Shown piece after piece: positions 49,801-59,500 of a DNA stretch of 64,000 nt (positions within the stretch are counted from its first letter, which is position 1; the number at the start of each line of letters is the position of its first letter). Below the pieces are notes generated by a model, which saw only the letters and a program-made list of their open reading frames with translations, was not told the origin of the DNA and searched no databases. A program made the translations under genes and the position numbers. The stretch spans positions 27,962,001 through 28,026,000 of the forward strand of contig NC_088805.1 of NCBI RefSeq assembly GCF_011386835.1, read 5' to 3'. Source of the stretch: Chrysemys picta bellii (taxonomy: Eukaryota).

Positions 49801-50287
49801 CTACAGACTAGGGCCGGGATGAGAAGAGGAGTCACTTCCCCAGCTCCTGAGAAGAGCCCCAAAGGATCATAGCACTGCCGATGGGGAAAGAGACCCGAGC
49901 ACCCCATGATGCTCTCAAAACTACAGTCCAGGGGAGAGACATGGCACCCGCCCCCCAGGAGGAGAAATACCCCCGTGAGTCTTGGAGTCAGAGCTCAAAT
50001 CGAGACGAGGTAAAGTAGGGGGCGGCCCCAGAGCCGGGGGGGGGGAAGGAGAGGGGGCGGTCCCGCAGGGGGCTCGGAGCCGGGGGGGGGGGGGCAGTTA
50101 TTGGAGAGGCGCCGGGGAGGGGGGGGATATCCCAGAGACAGCAACTTAGGCCCCCGGGGAGGGGGCGCTTGGCCGGGCCCCTCACCTTGGAGCCCGCGCA
50201 CTTGTCCAGGAACTCGCGCAGCTCCCTGCGCCCGGCCTCCCGCAGCGCCGTCAGGTTCACCCGGCCCGAGCTCAGGTGCGCCGCCAT
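34655..50287 (-). CDS. VPS33A: VPS33A, Sec1/Munc18-family core subunit of HOPS/CORVET, 601 aa, spliced
   Basis: complement(join(34655..34848,35328..35496,35650..35787,36353..36490,37946..38013,38228..38354,42580..42773,43402..43576,44768..44884,46720..46909,47670..47797,48308..48373,50186..50287)) = 1806 nt. All introns are GT-AG and in phase, and the protein is near-identical to recalled human VPS33A. Confidence 0.97.
34960..35120 (+). mobile_element. MIR/CORE-type SINE relic in VPS33A intron 12
   Basis: gtgaccttaggcaagtcactacctctctgtggctcagtttccctattgtaaaatggagataata. Confidence 0.6.
35328..35496 (-). CDS. VPS33A: VPS33A exon 12 ([21 protein letters not shown]...)
   Basis: 169 nt, AG/GT bounded. 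Confidence 0.95.
35650..35787 (-). CDS. VPS33A: VPS33A exon 11 ([19 protein letters not shown]...WMDDVNEQ)
   Basis: 138 nt, AG/GT bounded. Confidence 0.95.
36192..36302. mobile_element. Short palindromic MITE-like relic
   Basis: Termini ggccttgatctt / aagattgaggcc with a central palindrome agtcctatt...aataggat. Similar relics lie near 1240-1360, 21055-21162, 25573-25700 and 31500-31665. Confidence 0.5.
36353..36490 (-). CDS. VPS33A: VPS33A exon 10 ([46 protein letters not shown])
   Basis: 138 nt, donor gtcagg. Confidence 0.95.
37946..38013 (-). CDS. VPS33A: VPS33A exon 9 ([22 protein letters not shown])
   Basis: 68 nt, AG/GT bounded. Confidence 0.95.
38228..38354 (-). CDS. VPS33A: VPS33A exon 8 ([42 protein letters not shown])
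   Basis: 127 nt, AG/GT bounded. Confidence 0.95.
39490..39745 (+). mobile_element. MIR/CORE-type SINE relic in VPS33A intron 7
   Basis: catgcttcagtttcccc acctgcaaaacaggga core motif with tRNA-like upstream remnants. Confidence 0.5.
40857..41910 (+). mobile_element. Probable solo LTR in VPS33A intron 7, antisense to the host gene
   Basis: Starts tgtgac, has TATA-like gggtataagaagggg near 41227 and gttaataaacttg near 41495, and ends near ...gtgac. The architecture resembles turtle LTRs; the right boundary is uncertain. Confidence 0.5.
42580..42773 (-). CDS. VPS33A: VPS33A exon 7 ([13 protein letters not shown]...[10 protein letters not shown])
   Basis: 194 nt, AG/GT bounded. Confidence 0.95.
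43402..43576 (-). CDS. VPS33A: VPS33A exon 6 ([13 protein letters not shown]...[14 protein letters not shown])
   Basis: 175 nt, AG/GT bounded. Confidence 0.95.
44040..44270 (+). mobile_element. Old CR1/L3 3'-end fragment
   Basis: aaatatcaaggaatcttcttgacagtgaaatctatt...gtggaactgtctccc...ggatatttaaa resembles the CR1 ORF2 C-terminus and 3' region. Confidence 0.5.
44275..44560 (-). mobile_element. CR1 3'-UTR fragment of a second subfamily
   Basis: tcatggacttgaagtcagaagggaccat...gtagtctgacctcctgcac is the reverse complement of a typical turtle CR1 tail. Confidence 0.6.
44768..44884 (-). CDS. VPS33A: VPS33A exon 5 ([39 protein letters not shown])
   Basis: 117 nt, AG/GT bounded. Confidence 0.95.
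44956..45480 (+). mobile_element. LF-SINE relic in VPS33A intron 4, interrupted by a Harbinger-like insert (about 45186-45394)
   Basis: ggatggct...ggatacagagcctttcacc...ggttcaaatc...aaagtcattac match the LF-SINE head. It resumes after the insert with tgaactatggagact...cagggttgagg. Confidence 0.75.
46720..46909 (-). CDS. VPS33A: VPS33A exon 4 ([25 protein letters not shown]...MESESAFK)
   Basis: 190 nt, AG/GT bounded. Confidence 0.95.
47670..47797 (-). CDS. VPS33A: VPS33A exon 3 ([42 protein letters not shown])
   Basis: 128 nt, donor gtacac. Confidence 0.95.
48308..48373 (-). CDS. VPS33A: VPS33A exon 2 ([22 protein letters not shown])
   Basis: 66 nt, AG/GT bounded. Confidence 0.95.
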
Positions 50288-50660
50288 CCCCCGCCAGGCC
50301 CGGCCGATCACATGACAGCCCCGATCACGTGACTCAGCGAAACTCTCCATCTCCCCGCTCAGGCCCCGCCTCCTGGAACCCCAGGAGGATCCCAGCGGCC
50401 CCACCCCCCCCCCACTCGGGCCCGGCTATAACGGCTGCCCCGCGCGCCGGGAGCGCAGTCACGTGATCCCAGGGACGGGGCGGGTGTCGGACCGTTACCC
50501 GCGCAGCGTGTTCTGCCCCGGGACATTCAATGAGCTGTGACGAGAGGGCAGCTGGGTGCTGGGATAACGGCCGCTGCCCGGGGGGGGGGGCACTGGGGTA
50601 ACAGCGACTGCCCCTGGGGGTGGGGTCCTGGGGTAACAGCCCCAGGGCGGAGGGGTTGTT
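49950..50660. promoter_or_regulatory. VPS33A CpG island promoter with CLEAR/M-box E-boxes
   Basis: ATCACATGAC at 50307-50316, ATCACGTGAC at 50324-50333 and GTCACGTGAT at 50458-50467, plus GC boxes. Confidence 0.8.
50186..50287 (-). CDS. VPS33A: VPS33A exon 1 coding part ([34 protein letters not shown])
   Basis: 102 nt, donor gtgagg; inside a CpG island. Confidence 0.95.
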
Positions 50661-50937
50661 ACTGCTCTCTCTAGCGTAGGGCTGGTCTATGCCACCAAGG
50701 CCCCATCAGCTAAGAGTGTGAGTCAAAGCCCAGCCCGAGCCTAGGGCGGGCAAAACATTGTAGACGCGGGGGTCTGCTCCCCGCTACAAAGGTAAGTCCC
50801 TGCTTATGGGGGGTTATTAAGGTGACCTAACCCCCCTGTCACCATCGCTAGGGCGACTGAAGACTCTCTAGTGTAGAAAGACGCAGTTACACTGGAACTG
50901 GGGAGGATTGGTGTGAGCGCTACCACCACATTACCGA

Positions 50938-51666
50938 CAGTAACGCCTCACTGAACCGTGTAGTTCTGTTCCTGAAAAATGCAACTTTAAGTGAAATGAT
51001 GTTCAGTGAATCCCATTTCCCCCTAAGAATTAATGTAAAGAGGGGAGATAGCATGGCCGACCGAGATACACCCGAGTGTATGGGAGAGAGAAAGAGATGT
51101 GCATTGCCCCTTTAAGTATGCTGACCCCACTGTAAGTACATTGCCTTTTTAAGTAGATCAGCAAGTTGAGACAGCAGCTGCTACTAGTAAGTTACCTCGG
51201 TCATGAGCCCTGTCGTGTCCCTCCCCCCCCCCCGCTCTATGAAGATGGTGTAAGTGGGGGGCAGGAGCTGGGGGGGAGAGGACACCCTGACATTAGCCTC
51301 CCTCATCTTCCCCCCATATAGCAAGCAGGAGGCTCCCGGTAGCAGCTCCAAGGCAGGGGGCTGGAGCAGCACATGGCAGTGGGGCGAGGGACAGCTGAAC
51401 TGCCAGCAGTTGATAGCCTGCTGGGCAGCTGCCCCACAGGAAACTTAGAGGAGCAGGGAGCTGATAGGGGGGCTGCTGGTCCACCCTGGTTCCAAGCCTC
51501 CGCCAGCTAGCTCCACTGGGCTGCTCTTTCTGCAAGCAGTGGACAAAGCAGGCAGCTGCCAAACAACGTTATAAGGGAGCATTGCGCAACGTTAAACAAG
51601 CCTCTTCTCTAATTGATTAGCAACAAAACAATGTTAACTGAGACGACTTTAAGGGAGGAGTTACTG
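50938..51666 (+). mobile_element. Tc1/mariner (Tigger-like) non-autonomous element upstream of VPS33A
   Basis: Termini cagtaac... / ...gttactg followed by TA; subterminal cactgaac / ctttaag similarity. Confidence 0.65.
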
Positions 51667-52589
51667 TATTGCCGGTATAAACTGTGTCTGCACAAGGACA
51701 GTTATACCAGCAAACCCATTTCAATGAAGACAAGGTCCTGTTAACATTTAAAAAAAATCACACCCCAATATCTAACAAATTTCCATTGCTGGAGGTTAAC
51801 TTCATTGGACATGGAGAACAATTGATCATCATCCTCTTTAAACCAGTTCTTAGACTTATCTGGTCTCCCCTCAGTCTTCTTTTCTGAAGATTAAACATGT
51901 CCAGTTTTTTTTAACCTTTCCTCACAGGGCAGGTTTCTGGAGGAGGAGAGTGGCTCCAGCTGAGAGCATTGCCTAGAAGATTCTCAAATGTCCCATCTTA
52001 ACTTGCTTAGAGGAGGGCCCCCTTGTGCCAAATAACTTACATGTGACCATAAGTCTCAGTTGCACATGACCCCTCATCTTCTGTCCCTCTCAGCCAGGTC
52101 TTCCTCTGCTAGGGTCTTCAGTTGTGGGAGCCTAAAGTTAGGCACCTAAATAGAGGTGGCTGAGTTAGCAAGCAGCACAGTTCCTGTTGGATTAAGGGCC
52201 TGACATTAGCCTCCATGTTTGAAAACACTGGCTCTAGCTCTTAACTGACCCTTTCATTCTGACATGCCATTAACGTAAACTATCAGAAACTGCTTCCTTG
52301 AGAAAAGCACTGCAGAGTGCTCAAGATGCTACAGGCTAGTGATACTCAGACAGTGGTTCAGGAGTCAAATTAGCAATCAGCCTTACCCAATAGAGCCACG
52401 GTAGTGTGAATTCATTGTTTCATTTACTATTTGAGATGTATATATAAAAAACATTCTCACAGCAAAGTGACTGACCAAGTATGATTTTATCAACTACAAT
52501 TGGTTAATAACAGTAAAAGCCTCTTGATTGGTTAATAATTACATTACAGTGTTTTAATATGTGCTGCAAAGAGATGCAGGAGACGCATG

Positions 52590-53660
52590 TTAATAATGGA
52601 GATATATCCTATCTCCTAGAACTGGAAGTAGGGTTACCATATGTCCGGATTTTCCCGGACATGTCCGGCTTTTTGGTGCTCAAATCCCCGTCCCGGGGAA
52701 TTGCCAAAAAGCCGAACATATCCGGGAAAATGCCGGCATCCCTGCCCCAGTCCCCTGCTTACCTAAGCGGCTCCGGCAGGCTGCGAGCTGCAGGCGGATT
52801 TCCCCGCTGCGGCAGCAGATGCTGCTGCTCCCCCCCAGACCCCTTAGCTCTGCAGCTGAAGAGCCGAGCTGCCCAAGCGCTACCGGCTTCACGGTTTGCC
52901 GGGCAGCCCCCAGACCTCCAGACCCTGCGCCCTGGGCCGGGCGCTTCCCCAGCGCAGTCAGAGCCCGGGAGGGGAAGCGCCTGGCAGGGGCGCAGGGTCT
53001 GGAGGTCTGGGGGCTGCCCGGCAAACCGTGAAGCCGGTAGCACTCAGGCAGCCCTTTTCGCGTGGCTGGGAGGGAGGAGGAGGGGGAATGCAGGGCGCTC
53101 AGGGCAGGGCTGGCTTGGACTTTTTTGCCGCCGCAGGCAAAAAAGCCTCCTGCTGCCCCCCCCCCCCCGGCGGGGAGCGCGGCCGTGGCCCCGCTCTCCC
53201 CGGCCGGCTGGCCAGAGCTCCGGGGGCAGAGCGGTGAGCCCGGCCGCGGCCCCACTCTCCCCGGCCGACCGGAGCGCCAGGGGAGGGCGGCGAGCCCACT
53301 GCAGCTCCACTCTCCCCGGTGGCCGGAGCGCCACTTTCCCCAGGTGAGCGCCGCCCCCCTCCAGGTGCCGCCCCAAGCACATGCTTGGAGGGCTGGTGCC
53401 TGGAGCCAGCCCTGGGTAAGGGGAAGGAGCGGAGTTGGGGCGGGGCCAGGGCCCCATGGAGTGTCCTCTTTTTAAAAACTTTTAGTATGGTAACCCTACT
53501 GGAAGGGACCTTGAAAGGTCATCAAGTCCATCCCCCTGCCTTCACTAGCAGGACCAAGTACTGATTTTGCCCCAGATCAGTAAGTGGCCCCCTCAAAGAT
53601 TGAACTCACAACCCTGGGTTTAGCAGGCCAATGCTCAAACCACTGAGCTATCCCTCCCCC
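52590..53660 (-). mobile_element. Tortoise tRNA-derived SINE split by a hAT insertion
   Basis: Head and body at 53499-53660 (gggatagctcagtggtttgagcattggcctgctaaacccagggttgtgagttcaatc on -). The tail (taataatggagatat...ctcctagaactggaag) is at 52590-52628. Confidence 0.85.
52629..53498. mobile_element. hAT-type non-autonomous element, GC-rich, about 870 bp
   Basis: Perfect 13-bp TIRs tagggttaccata / tatggtaacccta, duplicated target CTGGAAG on both sides, and subterminal tgtccgg repeats. Confidence 0.9.
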
Positions 53661-54779
53661 ATTGAAGAGCCACTTGCGGCTCTCGAGCCTCAGTCTGAGT
53701 ATCGCTGTTCTAGGCCTTTTGACAACTCCTTCTACTCAAGCATGCTTCTTTGCACCCCTTTCCACCCAATCTCTCTCTCAGCTGACCAGGCAGTAGCCAC
53801 ACCCCTTTATTCTTGCTGCCTTGCCCCATCCTGTCCGGGTTCGTTACTGCCCCAAAGCTCATCAAGTAAAAATACACCAGGACAGCATGTTTTACAATCC
53901 TGCTGTATTCTAGAGTGAATTTCCTGACAAGTGGGAATTGTTTTCATGGCACAGTTTCCCTCTGCAATAGCAGAAGCTTTGGCACAATCCATGGTGAATG
54001 TTTAGCTATTGACCAACAACTTTCAAACCTCCCCTACACCAGGTAGACAAGGAAATGACCCAGATGTAATCGATGGGGAAATGCCTTTGAGAGTGTACAA
54101 ATCTGTCAAGATACCGTGGTAGCTGTACTAAGTTAATAATTATTTGTATGGCAGTAGTGCATAGAGGCCCTGATCAGAGCTCCAATGTGCCAGACATTGT
54201 ACACATACAGCACCTGCCCCAGTGTTTAAATCCACATCAGAGACTGTTATCACTGGAATTTAAAAAATATATATAATATGTAAACATTTCTATTAAAGTT
54301 ATGTTTTGCAAATTATTTTTTAGAAAGCCTAAATTTTGTTCTTAAATAGACCTGAGTATCCATTTGAATGTAAATCCACTATACATTTTAGAAGCTTCAC
54401 TGCCCCCTTTTGACATTCCAAAACATATCTTCCTTGAATGACAAGTAAATCTCAGACAGCCTTTCTACATTAAAAATAAATAGGTTCTAGAACACATGTT
54501 GTTTGGGGCCCCAGCAACCCAAATGGAAATTTTCTTACTCAATCCCTTCCTTTCTAGTAGAATAATCCCACACAATCCATAATGGATGGGCTTTTTCCCT
54601 GTGGGATTTGGAGGTATAGGGATGTAGCCAGGGCTCTGGGAACATCACACATCACTCCCAGTCACTAGAAAAGTTCTTCCATTTATCTATTTCTTTTTGA
54701 TTTCTAAATAATAAGAAGGGCCCCTGCACAGTCTCTGAGCAATAGCAAGAATGCAAGACAAAGGTGACGAGAATAACCA

Positions 54780-54785
54780 TTTATT
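54780..54785 (-). terminator. Candidate CLIP1 polyadenylation signal ending an AU-rich 3'UTR of about 1.6 kb
   Basis: AATAAA on the minus strand. The interval 54780-56365 is AT-rich and apparently repeat-free, with TGTATATA (Pumilio-type) motifs. Confidence 0.45.
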
Positions 54786-56365
54786 AAAGGAGATACAGTA
54801 CACTCAATTCTTTAAATTAATACTGATTTCCCTGCTTTTGTTCCTATTACTATAATACATTCGTTACCCCCAATTTAAAATTATTACAGATTGACTTTAT
54901 ATCATGTGCCAGATACTTGGTTGATAATCTTGAGAAAAATACATCAAAGGTTTATATACAGTTATATAAAAGAGTAAACCCTATACTGTATATTGTACAG
55001 GTAGCAGGGAAGATACAGTATAGTTTCAGTCCTTTTTACATATGCTAGAAGACATTCAAAAGAAGATAGATTTAAACCATCTGAATAAATGATTTAGGGT
55101 CTGATGGGTCCACCCTGGCTCATGTTGAGTGTTTTCTTACTATATGAGCAGCCCCTCTGAAACTAATTGAACTGTCTGTGTAATAAGGTACATCTCAACA
55201 TTAGTACGAGTGACACAAGCTAGACCACGTTGTGTTCTGATGGTTTAGATTTCTTCATTCCTTGTTATGTTTTTGCTTATAAGAAAATCCACAATTATTA
55301 ATGTTGAATTTTCCATGTTACATTCATCTGAAAATAAAATAAAAACCAGGGAAACCGTATCATGAAATAGTTAGCATAAATGCTTCATTTCCTATGAACT
55401 TTACTGAAAACCTGCTAGAGGATACAAGTGTGCTGAAAGATTTTTTTCACAGGAAACACATTAATAAAAATCTCCCAATACTGAGGTGGTTTTATATTTT
55501 TAAGTCAACAAATGAAGTAGTCATGTTGTACTGTTTATCCCATAAACAGGTCCTGTGATGACTGCTAATAAAATTTAAAAACGTGAATGAGAAGACATGT
55601 TTTTTCCAAAATATATTTTTTAATATATATATGTATATATACACACACACACTGTATAGGAGCTGAAATAATGCAAAAAATGGATGTCACATAAATGGTA
55701 GTAAGTGTGCACAGCATACAGGTTTTTAAAAATTCCCCACAGTAGCTTATGTTTTCTTACCTGCTTCATGATTTTATAAATTTCATACTGTAGTCCAATG
55801 GAAAGAAAGGCACTACGTATATATGTAGTGCACAGAGCTCATGTTCTTTGATCAAGAGCACAGTAAAATAGTTAACGAGTAGATGAAAATAAAGATGAAA
55901 TATTTCTCAACTCATTCCAGTGTCAAAAGCTTAAAAAAATCTAAATATACAAATGCAGCCTTAAAATGTCTTAGTGCAAATATGAAAATTAACAGCATAA
56001 TTTTAAGGTATTTAAATAAGCTATAACATAACTATAATACTTTGTTCCTATACATTTTTCCTATAGATAAATTTAATGGCATAGGGGACATTTCTTGTTA
56101 GAAATTGTTCATACCCAGAATTTGGGAATAAATGACAAAAAGTAATTATTAAATAATTTATTTATACTTCACTTTAGTTTATTAAGGGGGGGGAAATAAG
56201 ATCTTTATGAATGGAAGATCAAAATATCTATAGGTTTGAAACCGAGGATGTGTGTGTCAAGAATCACTGTCCCTTTTCCTGATGTCTGTACACACAAATG
56301 CTGGTGGGGTAAACTGTCGAATTAGTGCATACAAATAAAGTTTGTTTTCCTGGCTTTGTATTGTA

Positions 56366-56588
56366 TTAGAAGGTCTCGTCGTCATTGCAATTGGTTGTCC
56401 AGTGCCCGAACACCTCACAGATTTCACAATAGGGGCGCTCTTCTTTTCTGCTGCCATGATAAGTCGAATGGGGAAGGTCATCGGATGCCTGTGCCTGAGT
56501 TGGACAGTCTTCAGTTTCATGGAGATCAAAGCAGTCGCAAATATCACAGAAGAGGCGAGGTTTTTTCTTTGACTGATTTTCATCCTCG
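56366..56588 (-). CDS. CLIP1: CLIP1 last exon ([28 protein letters not shown]...[22 protein letters not shown])
   Basis: Acceptor atcttgcag; TAA at 56366-56368. Confidence 0.96.
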
Positions 56589-59500
56589 CTGCAAGATCAA
56601 AATTGGTATAGGTTAGGGTGGATATTCTCTTAAAGGAGAACAAACCCAAAGGACATTATTATAAACTTCCACCAAAAAAAAAACAAACAAACAAAAAAAA
56701 AACCCACACATTTTTTTTTAAATAAAAGTTTATAACAACATCCAATGCTGTTAAAACCAAGGCATATATCAGTGGATCACAAGCAGTGAAGAGAATCATT
56801 GGGGTGGGGGGCGGCAAAGCTTCTGGATTCCCCCATAGCCCTGCAGTTGCTCAGATTCTCACATGGTGATAATACCCACTCTTGCCATTAAACAAAGGAT
56901 TCATTACATTTTGAAATCTACACAAATACACATCCACTATTTCAAAGGCATTTGTATGAAGTGGTAAAAATAGTTTCTTTTTTCATTGATACAGGGGATA
57001 CACCACCACCATTATTTAAAAAAAATGCTGAGCTCTGCACTGGTTCCTCCACATTTGCATTCAGATACCAGCTTCTAGGAGTAGAGAGTGTTTTCCTAAT
57101 TTGTAGCGGGCCAGGGTCACTGTTGGGAATTGATAACTAGGACCTGCTGATGTTTGTTTCAGAGCTGCAGAGAAACAGCATGTGCTACCAGCTAGAAGTT
57201 AGAGATGGACCAGAAAAAGTCTGGATCCAGCCACCCCACAGATATGGGCAAGTCACGTTTGCACTTCATGGCTCAGGTCTCTCTCTGTCGGCAGTCAGGC
57301 TGACCTGCTGCAGCTGCACAGGCTGACAGAAGTGATTTATAGTGGAATCAGCACAACATAAACCAAACACCTTTTCTTTTAATATTAATACCTGTCATAA
57401 TTGTTTATCTCCTCATTGCCATTGAGAGCTGCTTCAGACATCATTTCCACCTTCAACTTTAATTCTTCATTTTTCCTTTGAAGATCCACTATTACTGAAT
57501 TCAGGAAGTCAATCTGGGAGATTTAGAACAAAGAGTAACATATTTAGAACCAAAAGACATTCCGAAGCCTTAGGATTACACTTGTACAGAAAACATCAGC
57601 AAAACTTAGACTGCATTACCAATATGCAGCACAGAAATGGTGGTTGAATGTCACAGAAAGGAGCTGTTCGCTTTTACCATTAAAATAGTCACGCTATGAA
57701 AAATACATTAAGGGATGGAGGGCTTTCAAACCAAGAAAATATTTCAAGTATCTCTGAGTTGTGTGAATTCTGACCAGCAACTAACAATGGTTCACCCAAC
57801 AGCTGGCCAGTCTGAAACACGATGGTGGGTCTCAGCCCAGCTTCCAGTGGATAAGTGACCACATTGCAGAACTATTACCACATCAGGCGTTCCTGCTGAC
57901 AGCTTCAGCAGAGTCCCAAAGGGCTTGTTCCTAGATCAACCCCTCTCCAGAAGGTGTCTTAAATGTATTGGTAGGGCCAGGGGAGCAGCTCAAGGGAAGC
58001 CTCCACTACATAGGCCTGTGCTGTATCTGTTCGGTGGCTAAAACAGAACATCAGTTTCCAGTGTTGTCCCTCAGAATCTGAGGAGAAGACTGAGGCAAGG
58101 AACAAATTCACCATTGACAATCCAGGAAAAAAACGTAAACTGGATCAGAACATGGCACTCTGCTCTACATTTGATAATCTCACTGTGCCAGGATGTCTTT
58201 GATCACAAACATAATGGAAACATGAATGGTATTTGTTTCTCCATTCTCACCCACCAAAGCACCCAACATGTCCCCATTCACCCCTCCATTAAATGGAACT
58301 GTACATTACCTCCTAATTATGTAACAGCGTGAGAGACTAATGCTGTATCTATTAGCGTTCATCTAATCATGGTAATAAACTGAGGATGGGGGACAGCTAC
58401 GCAGACAATGTTACCATCATTCCTTTAATGCATTTTTATGAAGAAATTTAAAGATTTTGATAAGAATTATGCAGCTTGGCTGCATATAGTGTATCAAAAT
58501 TTCATCTTTTTCTTTGAACCTGACTTATTAGTGAGGCACCATGGGTATAACAGGTGAATGGGCCCTAAATGGGCAATGGAATAATACAGGGCATGCATTA
58601 TCTCTGAACTTGGGCCCCCCAAAGGCAGTCTGAACCCCCAGACCAGACTGCAGACATTTACAACATTCTGATAAAAGACCATATGAGTTTTCCCATAGCT
58701 GAACAGAAAGCAGCTAAGTGAGCTAAGCAATACACAGCAAATTAATGTAGCGAATAAAAAAGCGTAGAAAGCAGAAACAAACCATATGCTGATTGGAGGA
58801 AAATGTTGCCAGCAACGGATGAAAGCAAGGGACACGAAGAGAAAAAAAAACAGAAAAAGAAACCATAGGTTAGAATGTTAATGACACCGCTTCTAATCTA
58901 TACACACACTATGTTACTAGGAAACAGACTGGTATTCCCCATTCCAGGACTTTAACTTGTAACCAAATAAACATAGAATCATAGAAGATTAGGGTTGGAA
59001 GAGATCTCAGGAGATCATCTAGTCCAACCCCGTGCTCTAAGCAGGACCAACACCAACTAAATCATCCCAGCCAGGGCTTTGTCAATCTGGGCCTTAAAAA
59101 CCTTTAAGGATGGAGATTCCACCACCTCCCTAGGTAAGTTATTCCAGTGCTTCACTACCCTCCTAATGAAATAGTTTTTCCTAATATCCAACCTAGATCT
59201 CCCCCACTGCAATTTGAGACCATTGCTCCTTGTTCTGTCATCTGCCACCACTGAGAACAGTTAAGCTCCATCCTCTTTGGAACCCCCCTTCAGGTAGTTG
59301 AAGACTGCTATCAAATCCCCCCTCACTCTTCTCTTCTGCAGAACAAGCCCAGTTCCCTCAGCATCTCCTTGTAAGTCATGTGCCTCAGCCCCCTGATCAT
59401 TTTCGTTGCCCTCCACTGGACTCTCTCCAATTTGTCCACATTCTTTCTGTATTGGGGGGCCCAAAACTGGATGCTCCAGATGTGGCCTCACCAGTGCCGA

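Noticed and set aside
52559-53475. Cluster of long overlapping ORFs (up to 262 aa)
   Set aside because: They lie inside a GC-rich non-autonomous hAT element, are low complexity and have no transposase motifs.
56257-56649. 130-aa minus-strand ORF from the track
   Set aside because: It is an alternative frame over the CLIP1 last exon. The zinc-knuckle frame ending DDETF is the real one.
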